Position numbers and translations under genes: made by a program. Below, piece after piece: positions 54,600 to 64,000 of a stretch of 64,000 nt of DNA. The notes under the pieces were generated by a model, which saw only the letters and a list, made by a program, of their open reading frames with translations, did not search any database and was not told the origin of the DNA. Positions within the stretch are counted from its first letter, which is position 1; each line of letters opens with the position of its first letter. Origin of the DNA: Eledone cirrhosa (Eukaryota); contig OZ024741.1 in the NCBI GenBank assembly GCA_964016885.1, positions 270,196,001 through 270,260,000 of the forward strand. The letters are read 5' to 3'.

Positions 54600-56036
54600 A
54601 TCAGTGATATATGTATACAGTTTGGTATTAGTAAGTGTGGAGTCATTGTGATGAGGAGGGGTAGGTTGAGCAGAAGTAACGGAATCCAGATACCAACAGG
54701 TGAGATGATAAAGGAAATTGACTCTGAGGAAGGATACAAGTATTTGGGCGTTCTGGAGGCTGATGGCATAAAGAACAAAAAAATGAAGGAATTGTTAAGA
54801 ACTGTATAAATTCGGAGAGTAAGGAGCGTATTGAAGTCACATCTGAACAGCAGAAATGCCATAAGCGCAGTAAATTCCCGAGCTGTGTCTATTATTAGGT
54901 ACAGTGTGGGAATTCTGAGATGGAATGTTGCTGAACAAAAAGAAATGGATAGGAAGACTAGGAAGCTATTGACTATCTACAACATGTTCCACAAGAGGAG
55001 TGATGTCGATAGACTCTACCTAAGGAGATCTGAGAGTGGAAGAGGTCTTATCAGCATAGAGGACTGTGTTCAGATGGAGAAAAACAACCTATACAAATAC
55101 GTGACTGATAGTAAGGAGCCAATGCTCAGAACTGTACTGAAGGAGGGGACAGTAGGCCAGGGGATGTCCAAGGAGGAAATAACATCAAGGAGAAAGAGCA
55201 GCCTTCAGGGAAAATCCCTTCATAGTACCTTCTTTGAGAAAACTGAATTTAGAGATCCACAGACATGGAACTGGTTGAGAAGAGAAGACCTCAAAAAGGC
55301 TACAGAAGGAATGTTAATGGCTGCGCAGGAGCAGGCCCTCAAAACGAAGTGGTTGAAACACCATATTTACAAGGAGGAGGCTAGCCCACTATGCAGGATC
55401 TGTGGAGAGAGAGAGGAGACTGTGGCTCACATTGTATCCGAGTGTAAACACCTAGCCCAGACCTACTATAAGGGCTGGAGACATGATGTGATGGGCAGGG
55501 TGATCCACTGGCACCTGTGCAAAGTAAACAATTTACCACATTCTGAGAAATGGTATGAGCATAGGCCAGAGGCGGTGATGGAGAACGATCAGGTGAAGGT
55601 GCTGTGGGATTTTAGGATACAGACGGACAAGAAACTGGAACACAATAGACCTGACCTGGTGGTTGTGGACAAAGAAAAAAGAGCGTGTCTGATTGTGGAT
55701 GTGGCCTGCCCATTCGACACGAGAGTGCAAGAGAAGGAGAGGGAGAAAATTAACCGATACCAAGACTTAAAGTGGGAGGTAAAAAGGATTTGGAACTGCC
55801 ATGAAGTCAAAGTGATCCCGATTGTCATAGGCGCACTGGGGACTATCTCCAAAAGTTTCCAGGGATGGTTAAAGAAAATCGGCCCCTTCACGCTTTTTGG
55901 AACGCTTCAAAAGGCATGCTTGCTGGGAACAGCAAGAACCCTCCGATACGTCTGAATATCTGAGGCTGCAGGTAGTGGCTTGATATTCATTCCAACGGAC
56001 TATCCAGTTAACCAACATCAATGACTGAGATTCAAG

Positions 56037-56037
<1 letters not shown>
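54600..56037 (+). mobile_element. R4/Dong-clade non-LTR retrotransposon, 5'-truncated copy B (RT end, CCHC, RLE)
   Basis: FGISKC, YKYLGV, RLYL.R..GRGL, CRIC..EETVAHIVSEC, RHD and RPDLVV..IVDVACP..EKINRY (PD-D/ExK endonuclease). One internal stop at 54807; (TAA)n on both sides. Confidence 0.95.
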
Positions 56038-56110
<73 letters not shown>

Positions 56111-56113
<3 letters not shown>

Positions 56114-56638
56114 GAAAAAGATCACATCTCAATCTTGTGGAACTTTAGCATCCAAACAGACCGAAAAATAGATGCAAATAGACCTGATATAATATTGAAG
56201 GACTTTAAAAAGAGGGTATGCCTGCTAATTGATATGTCCGTTCCAATAGACAAGAATGTATCTATAAAAACATTTGAAAAATTGAGCAAGTATAAGGACC
56301 TGGAGATAGAAATTGGAAAAATGTGGAAATTGAGAACTAAAACAATACCAGTGGTTGTACGCGCTCTAGGAATGATACCTAAGGGTCTAATGATTACTTA
56401 TCGCAAATCCCAGGAAACCCGCGTATAGGAGAAATACAAAAGATAGTACTAATGGGAACTGCCCATATACTAAGGAAGATTCTGTCAATATAAGTTCATC
56501 ACAAGTCTAAACACCTAAAGATGCATGTGTGAGTATGTATGTTCTTTTTTGAACATGGCGGACCTTGTTGTCTCTTGAGGTCACTGGTTGTGACTTGGTG
56601 ATAACTCGTATGAACATAAAGCAAGATAAATGCAGCTG
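56111..56638 (+). mobile_element. R4/Dong-clade element of a second family, 5'-truncated
   Basis: ILWNFSIQTDRKIDANRPDIILKD..LIDMSVP..EKLSKYKDL..GTAHILRK with a different 3' UTR; (TAA)n on both sides. Confidence 0.92.
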
Positions 56639-56675
56639 TAATAATAATAATAATAATAATAATAAAAATAATAAT

Positions 56676-57201
56676 ACCTGTGCAAAGTAAACAATCTACC
56701 ACATTCTGAGAAATGGTATGAGCATAGGCCAGAGGCGGTGATGGAGAACAGTCAGGTGAAGGTGCTGTGGGATTTTAGGATACAGACGGACAAAAAACTG
56801 GAACACAATAGACCTGACCTGGTGGTTGTGGACAAAGAAAAAAGATCGTGCCTGATTGTGGATGTGGCCTGCCCGTTCGACACGAGAGTGCAAGAGAAGG
56901 AGAGGGAGAAAATTAACCGATACCAGGACCTAAAGTGGGAGGTGAAAAGGATTTGGAACTGCCATGAAGTCAAAGTGATCCCGATTGTCATAGGCGCACT
57001 GGGGACTATCTCCAAAGGTTTCCAGGGATGGTTAAAGAAAATCGGCCCCTTCACGCTTTTTGGAACGCTTCAAAAGGCATGCTTGCTTGGAACGGCAAGA
57101 ACCCTCCGATACGTCCTGAATATCTGAGGCTGCAGGTAGTGGCTTGATATTCAATCCAACGGACTTTCCAGTTGACCAACATCAATGACTGAGATTCAAG
57201 G
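56676..57201 (+). mobile_element. R4/Dong-clade element, 5'-truncated copy D
   Basis: Near-identical to the 3' ~525 bp of copy B, with an intact RLE frame 56738-57127. Confidence 0.95.
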
Positions 57202-57213
57202 AATAACAATAAC

Positions 57214-57270
<57 letters not shown>

Positions 57271-57277
<7 letters not shown>

Positions 57278-57572
57278 TCCGTTGCCCATAGGCAGATCTC
57301 ACATAATTCAGCCTCGACAGAAGAATATTGCTCGACTATGGTATACAATAGATATACCCAGCACACCATAGTGAAATACCAATATATTGAACATTACATT
57401 CATGTAACATTCTTTCTTTACTTTAATTTATATTCCTTTTGAAGTTCCGATGAGCTGCTCTAACTTTACCAAAGTTAATTATCTTCAACTGAACCAGATC
57501 AATAATGATCTATAATCATTTGATCCAGAAACATTATATGGAGTAGCGAAACAATTGTAAACGGACATTATT
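57271..57572 (+). mobile_element. PLE pLTR fragment with HHR (expanded stem II) and 13-bp inverted copy
   Basis: GTT-CCGATGA-GCTGCTC-[80 nt]-GAGTAGC-GAA-ACAATTGT-A^AAC (57444-57562). 57271-57283 is the reverse complement of 57560-57572. Confidence 0.65.
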
Positions 57573-57776
57573 GGATTGGCAGTATCGGTAGAGGGTCGGA
57601 CGCCATGCTTTGACGCATAGAGTTATGGCCCTTGACATTCTGAGTTCAAATCCCGCCGAGGTTAACTTTGCCTTTCATCCTTACGGGGTCGATAAAATAA
57701 AGTACCAGTAATGTACTGGGTATTTGCTGGCCTTGTACCAAACGTAGAAACAATTATTATTATTATTATTATTATT
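57572..57776 (+). mobile_element. tRNA-derived SINE, full length, with (TTA)n tail
   Basis: TGGCAGTATCGGTAG head, GAGTTCAAATCCC B-box, core and (TTA)n tail. Confidence 0.88.
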
Positions 57777-58073
57777 CTCTACATTCCTTACATTAAACTA
57801 AAACTATGATGACAATCTTTTAATAATGTCTTCCTTGTGAAATTTGTGGTCTTGTTTTGCTTAACTAATGAATATTTCGAGCTCTGTGCACCTAACCTCT
57901 GCATGAACCCAGCACCTAGCTGCCTTCCACTGCATATTGCACATTGAGCACATACCTTTGGCTTCTAACTAATTCACCAATCTCACTTCTCCTCTCCAAT
58001 CTCTTCTCCTATCTCAATCTCTCTCTCTTAGATTGGTTACTCTTGAACTGTGTATATATATATATATATATAT

Positions 58074-62971
<4,898 letters not shown>

Positions 62972-62999
62972 TTCATTTATGTTCCCTATATATATAGCT

Positions 63000-63240
<241 letters not shown>

Positions 63241-63264
63241 TAGATAGATATGTATGTATGTATG

Positions 63265-63328
<64 letters not shown>

Positions 63329-63894
63329 TAGATAGATAGATAGATATATATATAGAGATATAGATATATATATATATATATATGCTTACATACATACATA
63401 CAGACAGACACACACATACACACACACGCAGACACAAACACTAATACTCATTCACATACACACACGCACTCATACACAGGCACATACACTCACATATAGG
63501 CACATCAAAATAAGTTCACTTCTTTTGATTAGTTTTGAAATGGTCTGGTAAATTAGATGAAATTTCTCAGTTAAACAGAGATGATATTATTTCGATCCAT
63601 TCTTAAGTGATGGTATTTTGTTCAGCATTGTCTATGTAATGCTGGACATCACTTCTTTGTCTCTTGAACACCAAATATATTTAGATGGCACTATGAGTTT
63701 ACCCAGGTGTTAGCGACAACAAATAGATTGCTGGGTTTGTATAGGTGACCTTTGAATGGATGCTCATTGATCTATATTGCTGGTTATTGGTGGAATTGTA
63801 AGTATAGTTTGCAATACATTTTTTAAGTCATATGTTGTGAGTCTTTATTACGATTCTCTGATCTTGCACAGGCCAGTTACTGTTTACTTAACTT

Positions 63895-64000
63895 AAGATC
63901 CCGTAAATCCTGATGGAGTCGTGGGGGGGGGGGGGGGGGGGTATTGACATATAGGTGTTTCTTGGGCATTTTAAGCTTGGCAGAGTCCATCTCTCCAGGA
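63895..64000 (-). mobile_element. SINE tail type B fragment, cut by the window edge
   Basis: Reverse complement CCTGGAGAGATGGACTCTGCCAAG..GAAACACCTATATGTCAATAC..CGACTCCATCAGGATTTACGGG matches 47720-47815. Confidence 0.75.

Noticed and set aside
63530-63895. Minus-strand PLE GIY-YIG remnant (..TNPAIYLL.., EWIEIISSL)
   Set aside because: Similarity is too faint to support by eye; a tBLASTn or HMM search is needed.

Overview
Repeat-dominated animal genomic DNA with no recognisable host gene. The repeat landscape suggests a cephalopod (octopus-like) genome; this is an inference. Bases 1-34,766 are one head-to-tail array of a 47-bp satellite (~740 units) built from nested multi-kb duplications (2068, 3617, 8220, 2209 and 1692 bp). 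The remaining ~29 kb is decayed transposons packed into (TA)n, (CA)n and (TAA)n microsatellites. These are a near-full-length Penelope-like element (PLE; RT plus GIY-YIG, direct pLTRs), several truncated PLEs with inverted pLTRs, a deleted mariner, a composite Helitron, four stacked R4/Dong LINEs, RTE fragments (one spawning a 51-bp minisatellite) and tRNA-derived SINEs. The most interesting signal is a set of about 10 hammerhead-ribozyme (HHR) motifs and a class of tiny non-coding fold-back elements: (TA)n - inverted copy - body - conserved ACTC..TATTGAGTRC tail - (TA)n. In five cases the inversion point lies at the predicted HHR cleavage site or inside HHR stem II/core. This suggests the ribozyme sets where reverse transcription stops or folds back. 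All alignments and folds were done by eye.
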